From: the human T2T-CHM13v2.0 reference genome, Homo sapiens
Length of the DNA: 64,000 bases
Direction: 5' to 3' (one strand)
Assembly (NCBI RefSeq): GCF_009914755.1
Contig: NC_060929.1
How positions within the stretch are numbered: the stretch's first letter is position 1; each line of letters starts with the position of its first letter. The position numbers and the translations under genes are program-made. Positions 39,651-53,743 of the stretch are shown piece by piece. The notes under the pieces were generated by a model. It was not told the DNA's origin, searched no databases, and saw only the letters and a list, made by a program, of their open reading frames with translations.

Positions 39651-42429
39651 AAAATGTTTTAAATGTTTCCAAGGAACAAGCATGCAACTATTCTGATATC
39701 TGCAGAAATGCTGATTTTATGCTAATAAAGGAAAATACAAATACAACATACCTTTAAAAATTTCAAAATAAAACCACAGAGATGTGTTAAAGTGACAATA
39801 TCAGGAAGGGGTTCTTCAGAGAAAGGATCTGTATGAATTGAAAAGCTGGGCTCAACTCTCCTTCAAGATACCTGCAATAATGCTGGCAAATTCATCTGCC
39901 TTTCCTTCTTCTCTGGCTCATTACTGAGGTGCCGCAAAATGCTGTCACATGCCCAGGCAATAAAGGGTTGGTTGGGAGGCACACCTGCTACCCTTTCTTT
40001 TGTGGCTGGGAGCAAACAATGCCAGTTAGGATTTATAGCATGTCTGAAAATGCCCCAAACATAGTCACTCTCTTGGAGAACTGTGAGGAGATTCCAGACC
40101 TAGATACGGATCCCTCACAGACCCTGTTCCATGCAGCTGTTTTTATGGACTATAGGATAATAATTGAGGTTAATTGCCACTGAAAGACACACACCATATG
40201 ATCTTTTTACATCCGGTTAGTGAGATGGTTCCAGCCTAGAGAGATGTTCCCAGGGGCACCACAATGATTCGCTCCCACCATTTCCCTGTACCTTACATTT
40301 ATGGGTTATGCACAAGCTAATGGGGCTAATTGTTACTGCTCCAGAGGAAGTCTCTTTTGCATTTCCCCCACCTCCTGCCTAAATGTCATGTCCATTGTCT
40401 TTTTGTGCTTTGGCTTGTACACATTTTGCAGTCCACATATTTTTTTAACTGCTGTTTAAAAAAAAAAAAAAGTTACCACAAGTGGAGTTTGGCAGCCTTG
40501 ACTGTTGCTCTCTGCTCAAGCGGGATTTTGTTTTTCGAGTCATAGAATAAAATGATTTAAGAAAAAGAATCCTCAGTGTTCAGGCTTTGCCTTCTAGCTT
40601 CAAAGCCTTTTACAAGCTGCAATTCATTAAACACAATAATCATTAGAGGCCAGTGGACCGACCTCTGCAGGGAGAGAGGCCAAGCCCCCCCACCCCACCC
40701 TCTTTCTCTTTGTGTTCCCAGCCACAGAAAGCAGGAGAGGGGGCGGAATAATGTTGTTCCCACCAGGCGGGCCACCCATGGCCTCCAGCCCAGGCTGCGT
40801 TTCTCTCTCCTCCTTGCCAGGGCTCCACGCTCCATTTAGCCATCGGGTACAGGCTCTTCTCTTCTCTGGGCTGCGTTTGTCTGCCTTTCACAAATAGACA
40901 GGCTGCCCACATTTTTATTTGCTTTAGATAAATGCAGAGAATTTCCTAACCACAGGGCCAGCCAAGCCTGATATATGCCCCATGGGACAGATTCCTCTCT
41001 GCCCAGCTTCTCCAGGCTGAGCCAGGAGGTATCGCACCACTTTGTCACCAAGAGATAAAGCCAGGGCACCCCCACAGCATGCAGAGCCCAGGGAGGGGGT
41101 GCACATGGCTGTGGGTCCGTGGTATTGGGGTCACTGGAATGAGAGGTATGTGGGCCACTGAGCTCCCCTGGGTCATTCCACCATTTAGAGTCCCTGTTTC
41201 TTTTGCTTTCTGTTCTTCCACACGGACCATACCCAGACCTTTTCTTAGAGACAGGGAGAAAATAATAAAGCACTCCCAAGGCCCAACCATGGCCCATGAC
41301 GTTTCATATGGCAATGCCGAATTAATTTTTAGAGTTCTTCTTTCTTTCCCTTTCCCTTTGCTCTCCTCTTGTCTGCCTACTAGTTTAAGAAAACAACAAG
41401 CATAACATCCCCTTAAAACACTAACGAGTAACTATACTGTAAGGCAGCAGATTTGGCATTTAATAGCTAATCATTTCCTAATGGTACCGACAGCTTTCGG
41501 GAGTTTCATCCACAGAACAACCTTAAAAGCAGAAACTTGTGCCAGGATCTTCATGGGCTGGAGTTCCTGTGGGTGAAAGATGTGGAACCACCCCCTACCC
41601 CACCACGCCTTCCCCAGCCCCAGGCTTTTTTTCTCTACTGTCTCTACCTCTCACTCCAACCCTCTGCCTTTTCTTGAAGTCTTCCCCCGAGGCGCCTGTT
41701 TCCTCTCCCAGCTACTCCTTGATGGCTTTTCTACCAGCTCCAGATCAAATGGATCTCTCTTTCCTTCAGGTTCTTAAAACATCCATACTCAGTGGTGTCA
41801 AAATTATAATTTGAAACTTAGAAGGAACCTGAGATGCCAGCCTCTTCATTTATGGAACAGGAAATCCAGTTATTATGAGCTTAAGAGACTTTCTCAGTGT
41901 CACACAGCTAGTTTGCGGAAGGGACAAGACAAGAATCTAAGTCTCCTGGCAATGACTTGTCTGCTTACCTCCCTACACAAATGATTGCTAGAGCCAGGGA
42001 TGTCTGTAGATCACCAAAGGCCATCACTCATGGCACATTTTGTCTCACCCCTGAAAAAAAAAAATGAGGCAAAGTGGTCACTGCTTTCAGCAGAATTCAT
42101 TCTATTCCATTGTGAACCAGATTTCAGCCTCCAACTGCAACCTGGGGACTATCAATACTTCCTTGCTCTGCGTGTCTCCAGGAAGTTCTGTTACAAGCCC
42201 TTGCTGCTCCCTCTCCCCACTTCTCCCAATTTTGCACTACTTCACTGCTCAGGTTGCTAGCTGAGCCCCTCTGGACACAGAGCACTCAAATATGTTAACT
42301 AACACATTCAAAAGCCAAACACCACCGCTTATAGTGATGCTAATTGGCACCAATGGCAGTAAAGACCAATTATATGGCAAGATTTGGGGTAAAGAGGAGG
42401 TCCAGATGACTCAGAATATATTCATATTA

Positions 42430-42985
42430 ATTTAATATTTTTAAAATAATTTCAAACATATAGGAAAGCTTCAAAAGTACCAAGAACTCTTTTTTCCCTA
42501 AGCCTTTTGGAAGTAAGTTGCTGACGTGATGTACCACCATCCCCAGATACTTTAGTTTGTAATTTCTTCAAAAAAAGGATATATTCCCTACATAACCACA
42601 GTACCAACATGAACACTGAGACATGCACGTTGATACATTACTACCATCTAATCCACAGACCCCATTCAAGTTTCACCAATTGTCCCAGTAGTGTTCTTAA
42701 TTGTAAAAGGATCCAATTCAGGATGGTGTGTTAGATGAATTGTCATGTCTTTTAATCCCTATCAATCTGGCACAATTTGTCAGTCTTTCCTTGACCTTAG
42801 TGACTTTAAGGGTTGGGATCTTAAGATTACAAGCCAGTTATTTTGCAGAATATCCTTCAACTTAAGGTTCATCTGGAATTTCCTCATGATTATATGAGAT
42901 TATATATTTTGGCAGAAACAACACAGAATTGATGCTCTGATTGCATCTTATCAGGTGGTACATAATTTGTCCCATTACTGGTGAT
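42430..42985 (-). mobile_element. L1MC4/5-like 3'UTR fragment
   Basis: AAATAATTTCAAACATATAGGAAAG...CCTACATAACCACAGTAC...CCCCATTCAAGTTTCACCAATTGTCCCA. Confidence 0.7.
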
Positions 42986-43009
42986 ATTTTTCTTAGATAC
43001 AGTAACATG

Positions 43010-44845
43010 TGAGTTACAGAATAACACAGCATCAAAATACATAAAGCAAAAGCCTAGAACATACGAAATGATGTACAGAACAATAGTTGGGAAAAACTCT
43101 AATAAATTTTTGACAGATCAGGGGCAAAAAAAGCAAATAAGGAGAAAGAGAATTTGATAAATATAATTGATATGGCTCATTTTATATCATTTGACTTCTG
43201 GACCCCATTGACAGATCATTGACATGCTTTACATCACAGAGAAAACAGCAGTAAGTTTTCCAAGCAAGATATCTTATATTTTATTTGAAATAAAAGTATG
43301 AAAATTTCAAACTACTACTTGATTATCCAAAGGTGCTTTTAAAGATACCTCTTGGGACAAAGAAAAAGTCAAAACTATAATTAAAGAATACTTAGGAAAC
43401 AATAATAATTAGGATATTATATTTTAAAATCTATAGTATGGAAGCAATGTTGTAATCAGAAGCAAATTTATAATATTAAATGTATTTTTAAATAAAGGGG
43501 GAAGGGAACGTATACTAAGAATTCTCTGAACACATTATAAACAAAGCCAAAATACCAAAATAAAGAGAAAAAGGATTCAGTAAAAAAGAAGCAAACACTA
43601 ACAAACTGACATTGAGAAGAAAAAAGGATACATAAATATAAGGGTAGAATAAATTTATGATCATTAAAGTCGTGTAGTATTGCTTCAGAATTCTACAGAT
43701 AGATCAATGAAATTATATAAAGCATCCAGAAATAGTGTTCATGCATAAGTACTTAATATATCAACAAGGTAGCATTTTATATTGATGAAGGATGACTCTA
43801 TTATTCAATAAATGATACTGGAAAATAGATTAACCTCTGCGGGAAGATGAAGGAAGTTAAATTTCCTACTTTAGACCATGTGTCCCCAAAGTATAAATGG
43901 ATTAAAGAGTTTCTAGTAAAATTAAAATATTACTTCTAAATTTTAGGCAAAAAATGACCATTATATCCCATGATGGAAGCAATCTTCCTAAATAGCATCA
44001 AGCATCGACACTCTAAAGTAAAAAGATCAATACATTTGACTATATGACTTCAAATAATTATAAAACAAAATTAAAAGGAAAAGACAAATTAGAAATATAT
44101 TTGCATTATATAAAACAAAAAGAAGAGATTCCAATATATAAATAGATCTTCTAGAGCAATTAAAATTAGAAAGACCCCACTTATTGGCAATATACCAAAT
44201 CACATTAATAAGGAAAAAGATTGAAATTAAAATAAAGAGATAGAACTTTGTGTTTCTTACCTTGACAAAGATTCACAAAGATATAGTCTACCCAGTGTTA
44301 GGCTTCAAGGACAAAGATACATTTCATATACTGCTGGTGGAAATATAAATTAGAACAGTCTTCTTGGAAGAAAATATGACAGTATGTATAAAAATTTAAT
44401 GTGCATATTCCTCTCTAGAAATGTATTTTAAGGATTATAATTATGAAGGTGAGCAAAGACTTATGTGCAAAATGTATAATTAGGAAAAATTAGAGACAAC
44501 ATAAATGTCCAACAATAGGGGTTTGATTGAGTAAATTGTGGTACAGGAAAAAGACGGAATAATGTTCAGCAATTAAAATCATGTTATAGAAAAATATATA
44601 ATGCTGAGTGGAAAAGGCAGGATGTAATAAAATATGATTCCTCCTTTAGTTAAAAAAGTGTGTATATACACATATATGATTTCTATATGTATAAGGAAAA
44701 AAAGAGCTCAGAAAATGCATACCAAATGTTAACAGATTAACAGCAGTTATCCCTGTTTGGGTAATTTTTGTCTTTTCATTGGTGATTTTTGTGTTTTCTA
44801 TGTTTGCTACAGTAAACATGGAAGTTTTATAATCAGGGGGAAAAT
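43010..44845 (+). mobile_element. Ancient L1ME-like element, ORF2 remnants to 3'UTR
   Basis: A-rich sense strand with L1 motifs ACAGCATCAAAATACATAAAGCAAAA, TTATTCAATAAATGATACTGG, TACTGCTGGTGGAAATATAAAT, AAATGTCCAACAATAGGG, and an L1ME-type 3' end. Confidence 0.7.
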
Positions 44846-47549
44846 ACTCTATTTTCAAAAGTTATTTGAGTCTTTTCATGACAGTTGCTAAATACTTTTT
44901 TCTTGTTAGTTTCCAGAAATTGCTGCTAATGAGCTTGGCTCACAAGCCAAAGCCAGGTCTACTCAGGCTTCCTTGGCCTTACCCCATCCCTGCCCATCCA
45001 CCCCACCATGCCTTGTGTCACCACAGGGCTCCTCTGTATATTTTTTCCACAACCAACTCTTCCCTTAAGCCCTTTCTTGGATCCCTGGAGTAAGGAAAGG
45101 TCTGGGAAGCCCCACCAGAACTTGGGGTCTGACAGCAGCTCCACTCCTCCTCCCTAAATCCTGCAAGCAGCCTACCCTCCAGCACAGCTCTCGTCCTGCA
45201 CAGCTCTCATCCCGTACAGCTTTCCTGAGTCCCAACCAGCCCCAGGACAATAAGCACTTCACAGTTTCCATGGAACAGAAGCCAAGCTGGGAGCACAGCA
45301 TGGTCCGAACAAAGTATCTGAGCCACAGAGCAGAAGGCAGCCGGTGGCTGGTTGTTGTCGCTGTGTGTCCAGGGCTCACAAGAGCCCCAAGGCATGGCAA
45401 TGACTAACCAAAGAATCTGAGGCCACCTTGGGATAATTTTTTTCACAATCAGACAAGAGTCTCAATGCAATAACCTCAATTAATCATGCAGAACAAGGCT
45501 AAAGAGGCATCAGGATTGTTCCCTCATGCATGTGGCCTGGGCCAGCCTGGCTTCTCTGGGCTTCTGCAAGGAGAGAGGGAGAGGCTATGGAGTGTAGGTG
45601 GAGGGGGTTTCGGGCCACAAAGCTGTGTGATTTTGAAAGCCCTTGTTAGCCTCTAAATCCTTTTCCAACAAGCTTCTGTCAACTAATATCACCTCTGTAG
45701 TGTTTTAGAGACTTGCCCATTAGAATCCTTAACACAGTCAGTCTTTAGCAGCCTGTGTGAGTGGATTGCTGCCTTCTCCTTGGAGAGCCCATTAGAACAG
45801 GTGGATGGGTTTGTTTTGAGGAAGAGGTAGGCAATGAGGAAGGTGTTTTCTGAGTGTACAGATCTAGGAGGAGACACTGAGTGAAAAAGCAGCCACTGCA
45901 GGGCTCTAGGGGCAGCAAGGAAGAGAGGAAAACAAAAAGAGGGGGTGTCTAAAGCAGGTGAATGGGTGCGGAGACACAGTTTCCCCCATCTTTCGTCCTG
46001 TGCCAGTCCTGGGCTTGGGGTTTCTACCTGTCTTCCAGCACCTGTCTTGGTGGTATGGTATAAGGGGTGGAAGGGGCTTCTTGTTTGATTGGCATGTGAG
46101 TCAGATTCAGGACAGTAGTACTCAGCTGAGATCCACCAAATTCCTGTTCTGTACTCAGGGTGATAGTTGGTATAACTTGGTTATGTGGAAGGAAATTTAA
46201 TATAAAATCCACATGGGTTACCATTCTGAAAGGTCAATTCATTTTCACATGTTGAGATCTGAAGCTTTTGCATAAGTGCTGTGCATTCCACCCTGTTCGT
46301 GTCTCCTTTGCCATTCATCAGAACTTACCTGTCCCATGTCCTAGTTCTACTGAAAGTGCCCTTCTTCAGGGAGTGGCTGGTATGATAGAGAAGCCAAAAT
46401 TTTTGGACATCACCCGGTACCAATGTGTTGTCACATGCTCATTGTAATATGTTTCTGAATCTAGAGGTCATATTATTTTACTTAACCTAGTAGAATGAGA
46501 AAGGGACTTGGATTATAGTGTTTGGCAATGTGGAATTCATTTTACCCACAAATAAGGAAGGCTCCCAAAGTAATTATAGCTCATTTTTATCCTTCAAGAA
46601 GTCCCAGGGATCCCAGGCTACTCCAGGCAAAGTACATTAGGAGTTATGGCCACATCTTCTCAGCAGGACTCCAGAAAAAGTGCTTTTATACGATATAGTC
46701 AGCTTATATTTCTTCCATGAGCTTCTCCTCTTATTTGTCTCTGAGAAGTTAAAAATACAGTACTCCCTTTGAGGAAGCAATCTCAATACTCATGTTCTAC
46801 AACACATAATTTGGTAAAGGGGACCCTTCAGGAAACATCTCAAGGGACTTCAGTAATGTCCAGATGTCTTCCTTCTCCTTTGCATGTTGTGCTAAATCAT
46901 GTCGGAAATTAGGCTTGCTACATTGTTGTCATTTTAAACAGCAATTGTGTTGTTGATACTATATCCATTTTAGAAAGAATCATAGAGGCTGGTTCTGTCT
47001 GTATCTAGAGCAAAATGACAGATCCCTGACATATTATAAATTAGAGAAAGAATGGAAAGAGTGAGAAGACAGGAGAGCTAGAAGCCAGTCTCCTTTATCA
47101 AAGTAGCTTTGTTTTTGCCTTTTTTACCCCTAGAAAAACAAGGAGAGGTTTTTTCTTTATAAATCACAATCTTTTAGAGACTTTTTCATTTAAAAAATTA
47201 GAGGTTCTTACTAAATGAGTTCCAAGTTGACATTCTTTGATGAGTTTGGGCAGGTAAGGAAGATAGATGTTTTCCCTAACTGACCACCTGGCTCAGTTCT
47301 CCCACGCTCTCTTCCCCTCCCCCGAGCGCTCCCTTGTTTAATACAAGTCTCCCATTTTCTTTGGGCTTTCACTTGATACAGCAGGGCTTCTCTGCATGAC
47401 AGCCATCGTAGCCCCACAAACAGGGTTCTCCTTTCATGCAAATAATTTCTTAGATTACCGCATTTTTTCTATTTCCTTTTGTGGGGAGGAATTGTTTTTA
47501 AAAAAAATACAGTTCAATGTCTTGAGCCCATTTGCACTGATTCTCTTTA

Positions 47550-48933
47550 GATAACCAGAATATCACAATAATCAAAATCGGCAGTAACCATAGGCATAAG
47601 GATAGACATAAAGATAGAATCGAATTAAGATAAATAAACTGTTATATTTATGGTCAGCTGATTTTTGGCAATGATGTCAAGGAAATCTAACAGCAGAAAC
47701 ATCGGTATTTTTAACAAATAATACTGAGAAAATTGCATCTCCACACGCAAAAAGGTGAACTCAGACCTCACATCATACACAAAAATTGCCTTAAAATGGA
47801 TGAGAGACCTAAATGTAAAAGCTAAAATATAAAACTTTTAGGAGAAAATCTTCAAAACCTTAGGTTAAGCAAAGATTTCCTAGATACAATACCAAAAGTA
47901 TGACTCATAATAGAAAAGAACTTTTATTTTGGACTTCATCAAATTCAACACTTTTGTGCTTCAAAACACATCATTAAGAAAATAAAAAGACACACCACAG
48001 GCTGGGAGAAAATATTTGCAAATTCTATACCTGATAAAGGACCTGTATCCTGAATATACAAAAATATCTTACAATTCAATAAGATGACAACACGATTAAA
48101 AAAGGATTAAAGATAGGAATAAACATTAAAAAAATCAATGACTAGCTAATAACTGCAGAAAAAAGATGGTCCACATTATTAGTTATTAGGGAAATGCAAA
48201 TCAAAAGCATAAGGAGATTTATATCATACATACTAGAATCGCCATAATAAAAAAGACATAATAGTCAACATTCCAGGACATGGAGAGTTAGGAACATTTT
48301 CAGTGCTGGTGGGAATGTAAAATAGTATAGATGCTTTGGAAAAAAGTTTGATAGTTTCTTAAATATTAAACATAAATTTACCATATGACCAAGCAATTTC
48401 AGTCCTATGTATCTAACCAAGAGAAATGACAACATATGTCCACACAAAGATTTGCACACAAATGTTCATAGCAGCATGATTCATAATAACCTAAAAGTGA
48501 ACATAATCCAAGTGTCCATAAACTGGTGAATAAATAAAATGTGGTATATACATACAGTAGAATACTCTCAGCAATAAAAAAGAATGAATTCTTGATACAT
48601 GCTACAACATTAATGAACCTCAAAAACATTATTTTAAGTGAAAGAAGCAAGACACAAAAGACTACACACTGAATTATTCCATTTATATGAAACGTCCAGA
48701 AAAGGCAAACCTACAGAAACAGAAAGTGGATTAGTCATTGCCTGGGGCTAGGGATAGGAACAGGGATTAACTAAATGAATAGAAGGGATCTTATTGGGGT
48801 GATGAAATATTTTAAAACTGGGTTATTGTGATGTTGCACCACTCAGTCAATCTACAAAAAAAATCATTGAATTGTACACTTAAAGTAGGTGAATTTCATT
48901 GTATGTAAATTACACCTCAATAAATTTGTTAAA
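47550..48933 (+). mobile_element. L1MB (7/8-like) 3' portion
   Basis: ORF2 C-terminal motifs (GGACTTCATCAAA, GGGAGAAAATATTTGCAAAT, GGGAAATGCAAATCAAAA) and a 3'UTR ending GGTGAATTTCATTGTATGTAAATTACACCTCAATAAA. Confidence 0.85.
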
Positions 48934-49284
48934 AGTTAGTAGCTATCAAAAGAAACTCAATGATAGATCTCAATTTCAATTTAAAATGTATTTAATTCTT
49001 CATCAACCTATTCCCCTAAGAGAAAAAGAGGAGAATAGTTCTCTAACTGTAAACAATATAATAGAGAATGTCTTTTCTGGAAGCATAAAATAGCCTATTA
49101 GTTATACCTAACCATACCCAAAAGGAAAGCTAGATTTCTTTTACACATTTTCTTTGTAGAAGGTATTCCATCCGAATAAAACTTGATCCCATCTCACAAA
49201 GAATTGGTCCTGAATCAGATATTTTAAAGTCAGATGTTAGGACAGTTAGCCATCATATTTTCCCAAATAGAAGAAAATCTTTTC

Positions 49285-49392
49285 CAAATGGAAGAAAAAG
49301 AAGAAAAGAAACAAAAAAAAAAAGAGGTGGGTGTGGGGGGAGAAAGGGAGAGAGGAAGAAAGAAAAGCAAAAAAGCTAGAAGAAGAAACAAA
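49285..49392. repeat. A/G-rich low-complexity tract
   Basis: Read directly from the sequence. Confidence 0.75.
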
Positions 49393-50029
49393 GCATCTGA
49401 GATTTGGAGAACCTCAAGCCAATCTTCAAGGTTGGAAACATTTCACAAAATTGATGAACCAAATTCCCATAGCACCCAACTCGTAGAGACAATTTTCAGG
49501 GAGAAAGACCCACTGCTATCTCCTCATTAGCATACCTGTTGCTTTACATTCTATGCTTGAATAAATATACAACATGCAAGTTGTATAGGAAAGCACTAGC
49601 CAGCTGCCCCTAAGTTTGATTAACTTTAGGAGCCACTGAAATAAAATAACCAAGTGCCTCACCCTCTGATAGCCAGGGCAATCTGCAAACCACTACCCAC
49701 TTATGGAAGTCCTGATCCTGAGCAGAGTACAGCTTGTCCTGTGCCTTCAGTGTCTGAACCTCGTGCAGATTATGCTTCAGAGGGTGGTGTGATTTAACAT
49801 TTCCTCTTTCATTTTTTTCTTTCGGCTGAGTGGTTGCTGATTACTAGACAGTCAAAATTCTTCTAAAGAAGAAATGTGAACTGTGAGTTTTCAGAACCTG
49901 TGTCTGCAAAACCAAACCTATGGCTGCTTCTGTCCAGGGTTAGCCCAGAAATATGGGATGATAAAGCATGTCTGTGTTTAACTTACGGTCAACTCCTGTG
50001 GCAGGATCCTCATCAATGCTACTTTCTTT

Positions 50030-50334
<305 letters not shown>

Positions 50335-52249
50335 ATCAGTGCTACTTTCTTTTGCATTCAGTTAGAAGAATTCAAGTCAGGCAGGACTTGCAGAAAAATG
50401 ATATTGGGGAGATGACATGGGTCTAGTTGTCTTAAGAACCGAGATCTTTTGTCTGGTAGGGCTGGAGAAAAGGTGTGAGAAATGAACCTCCTGCTGACAC
50501 AAAGGAAAGGGTTCTGGTAACTGTTCATTTTACCCACAAAAGCTCTGAATGTCTGTGAGACAAAAGGCAGCTTGTTCCTTTCCAGACTCAGTGATACTAT
50601 GGAATGGAGGCCGGGGTGGTTCCAACAGGTATTTTGCCAGTGCAAATGCATGAGCTTGGAGAAGGGCTTGCCAAAACCTGTTAAGGTTTATAGAAGTCAA
50701 GCGGCCATGGAACGCCAGCTCTGATCATATTTCTTGAGTTCGGCTTAAGTTTTGTGCTTGCAGTTGACTAGCTTTTTTGTATTTTGATTTTCATTAACAC
50801 AGAAGGCTTGCTGTTGGCAATCATGCCTTGGAATGTCCTTGCTACAGCTTAACGTTTCAGCACATTTTGCCTTGCCTAATGATGGAGTTGCGGTTTGCCA
50901 GGAAGGTACTTTTAACGCTTTCTTCCTAGAACTGGGTAGAACTATCCCCATGCAAACCTCAGCTAGTTCAAACAAAGCTTCTGTAATGGCGAAGGGAGAG
51001 AAAAGCTGCTATAAATACTTTTATAGGCTGCATAGGTGATTTACAACCCGCTTTATTAATCCTATAAAAAGGCACAGCTGAACGCCTTTAAGTTACATGC
51101 ATACAGATGACTAATTAAATACACAGTTAAAAGTCTTGACCTAGCACAATTCTGACCATTAAAGAAATAAGTCTTGAATTTTCCTCTAGGCAAAAGTTTC
51201 TGGATGAATTTGTGGGTGGAAGCGGGTGGGAGCAAGGTGGAGGGGGAAGGCTGACATGGATGACGGTGGCAGGTAGAGAGCCGAGGGAGGCAGTTCATTT
51301 CTGCTGGCTCATGTTTTCCCATCTTCACTACACACACTGACGACAACACAGCAGTCACATGAAGGCTCCACACCGCCAGAGGCTGCTTCCTCTGACCTCT
51401 AACAATGACAAGTCCATGGTTAGCTTGCATGGGGATGAATTCAACGGCCTTGGGAAACAAAGAATAGGAGAATCCCAGCATTCATTCTGGGAGAGATCTT
51501 AGCAGCTGATCACCACCCTACTCCAGGCCTCCCCCGCCCCTGCCCTTAGTTTGCGCTCTCAGCAACTGAGATTCAGGGATGAGAGGTGATGTTTTTCCAG
51601 TCACAGGACTAGTTAAAAGGAAAACCCAGACGAGGACCCAGAAGCGACCTCTAGAACATTAACCTTTCAGAGACACATTCATTGCTCAGGCTGTGTTGCC
51701 AGGAGACACAACATATTTAGATGGGGGGGTGTAGGGGGAGGAAGAGGCATTAGTGGAAGGCGAGTCAGGTAGGATATGATTCCAAAACCAAAAATGTTTG
51801 CCAAACCATTTATCAGAAACATAAAAGGCCCTTTCAGTTTTCAGGTTCTTGGAAGGGTTTGGAAGAGGAGGGAGTGGCCTTTCCCATCAGGGGACAAGCC
51901 CCAACAATTCTTCCATTAGCTCAGTGGGATTTTCTTTGTTGGTTGGTCCCCTCACAAAACATTTTTAGAAGCTCCCAAATCAGACTGTGAATGTGTGATA
52001 TGAGAATGCTGGGTCAGGAAGATTGGGTAGCGAGCCTGGGGGTGCCGCTTAAGGCAGCCAATATTATTCCTCCTGCATTTAGCTCCTGAGGTGACCCACA
52101 ATGTCAAGGTCACCTCAACACTCCAGGTGGCCCGTACAGGGCTTACAGCCGAGCATTTTTTCCATTGGAACAGTTCTACTTGCTTTGCTTGGCTCCCTTA
52201 TGAGCCTGGGGCTATTTCCTCAGTTCCAAAATGGAAGACACATTTTCTT

Positions 52250-52620
52250 CCCTCTGTATATGTGAAGCACCTGCTTGGAAACATTGCCTTCACTTTCTTT
52301 CACTAATTTTCCACCCCCTTCTCCAGCAAATTCTGATTCATTATTCAAGTTTCAGCTTAGATGTCACTTCTAATCAGGGAAGTGTTTCCGGATCCCAAGA
52401 ACAAGTTGAGGGCCCTCTCCTTTGTTTGCACAGAAGGCTACATACACCCTGTCACATAAAGCTCTCATCACACTGTCTTACAATTGGGTTGAGGTTGATT
52501 TTTCCTGCCAGACCATAGGCTCCAGGAAGTAACGTTGCTTTATTCACCATTGTGTCTCTAGCACACACCATGGGGCCTGACATCCAGAGGGGTGATTGAG
52601 CAATGCAAATATTTGTTAAA
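52250..52620 (+). mobile_element. L2 3' fragment
   Basis: TTCAAGTTTCAGCTTAGATGTCACTTC...CCAGACCATAGGCTCCAGGA...TTATTCACCATTGTGTCTCTAGCAC...AAATATTTGTT. Confidence 0.7.
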
Positions 52621-52702
52621 CACCCTCACCATCTCTCCATCATTTTCCATATCTGAAAACACTTTTATAGGATACAATTTTTTGAGTTAGAACTTAAAAA
52701 TT

Positions 52703-52983
52703 GGCCCGGCATGATGGCTCACACCTATAATCCCAACACTTTGGGAAGCCGAGGCCAGAGGATTGCTTGGGGCCAGGACTTTGAGACCAGCCTAGGCAAC
52801 ATAGCAAGATCCTATCTCTACAAAAAATTTAAAATTTACCAGGCATGGTAGTGTACACCAGTAGTCCCAGCTACTTGGGAGGCTGAGGTGGCAGGATCAC
52901 TTGAGCCCAGGAGTTTGAAGCTGAAGTGAGCTATAATCGTACAACTGCACTACAGCCTGGGTGACAGAGTGAGACCCTATGGC
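52703..52983 (+). mobile_element. AluJ (Jo/Jr-like), tail converted to (TA)n
   Basis: AluJ-type GGATTGCTTGGGGCCAGGA, GGCAACATAGCAAGA and GGATCACTTGAGCCCAGGAGTTTGAAGCTG. Confidence 0.9.
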
Positions 52984-53302
52984 AAATATATATATTTTTC
53001 TATATATAAGTATATATATATATATATATATATATATGTAATATATTTAGATATATATTAAACATTTATATTGTATATTAAACATATATTGTATATTAAA
53101 TATATATATTTTGAAAAGTTTGTTTTAATACTATTGAACATTTCATTTTCCCCCCACAGTAATCAAAGCAAACATTTTATCATTATTTTTATCATTATTA
53201 TTCTTGGTATATCAAACTAAATTCCAGGAATGTATTATATATAAAAAACATATTTGCTATATATAAGTATATATATTTATATATACATATGTTTATATAT
53301 AA
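52984..53302. repeat. (TA)n-rich tract enclosing a unique ~125-bp insert
   Basis: TA-rich at 52984-53108 and 53233-53302. Confidence 0.85.
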
Positions 53303-53352
53303 TTTTACTCTAGACACAGGGATGTGGAAGAAAATTACTGAATATGGGGACT

Positions 53353-53743
53353 TCACTCATTTGTTAGGACTGCTGCAGACTAGGTGACTTAAACAACAGA
53401 AACTGATTGTCCCACAGTTCTGTAAGTTAAAAGCCAAAATCAAGGCATCACAGGTTGGTTCCTTCTGAAGGCTGTGAGGAAAGTATCTGTTCCGAGGCCT
53501 GTCTCCTTAGCTTGTAAATGTCTGGCTTCGTGTTCACATGGGGTTCTCCCTGTATGCCTGTTTGTTATCAAATTTTCCCCCTTTTTATAAGCCAGTCACA
53601 TTGAATTAAGGCCGACTCTCATGATCTCATTTTAACCTAATTAGTTCTGCAAAGACCCTATCTCCAAATAAAGTCAGAGTTCAAGGTACTAGGATTTAGG
53701 ACTTCAACATATGAATTTTGGGGACACAATTCAACACATATCA
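53353..53743 (-). mobile_element. MLT1B-like solo LTR
   Basis: GGTGACTTAAACAACAGAAA...CACAGTTCTG...TCTGCAAAGACCCTATCTCCAAATAAAGTCA...GGACTTCAACATATGAATTTTGGGGACACAATTCAAC. Confidence 0.85.
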
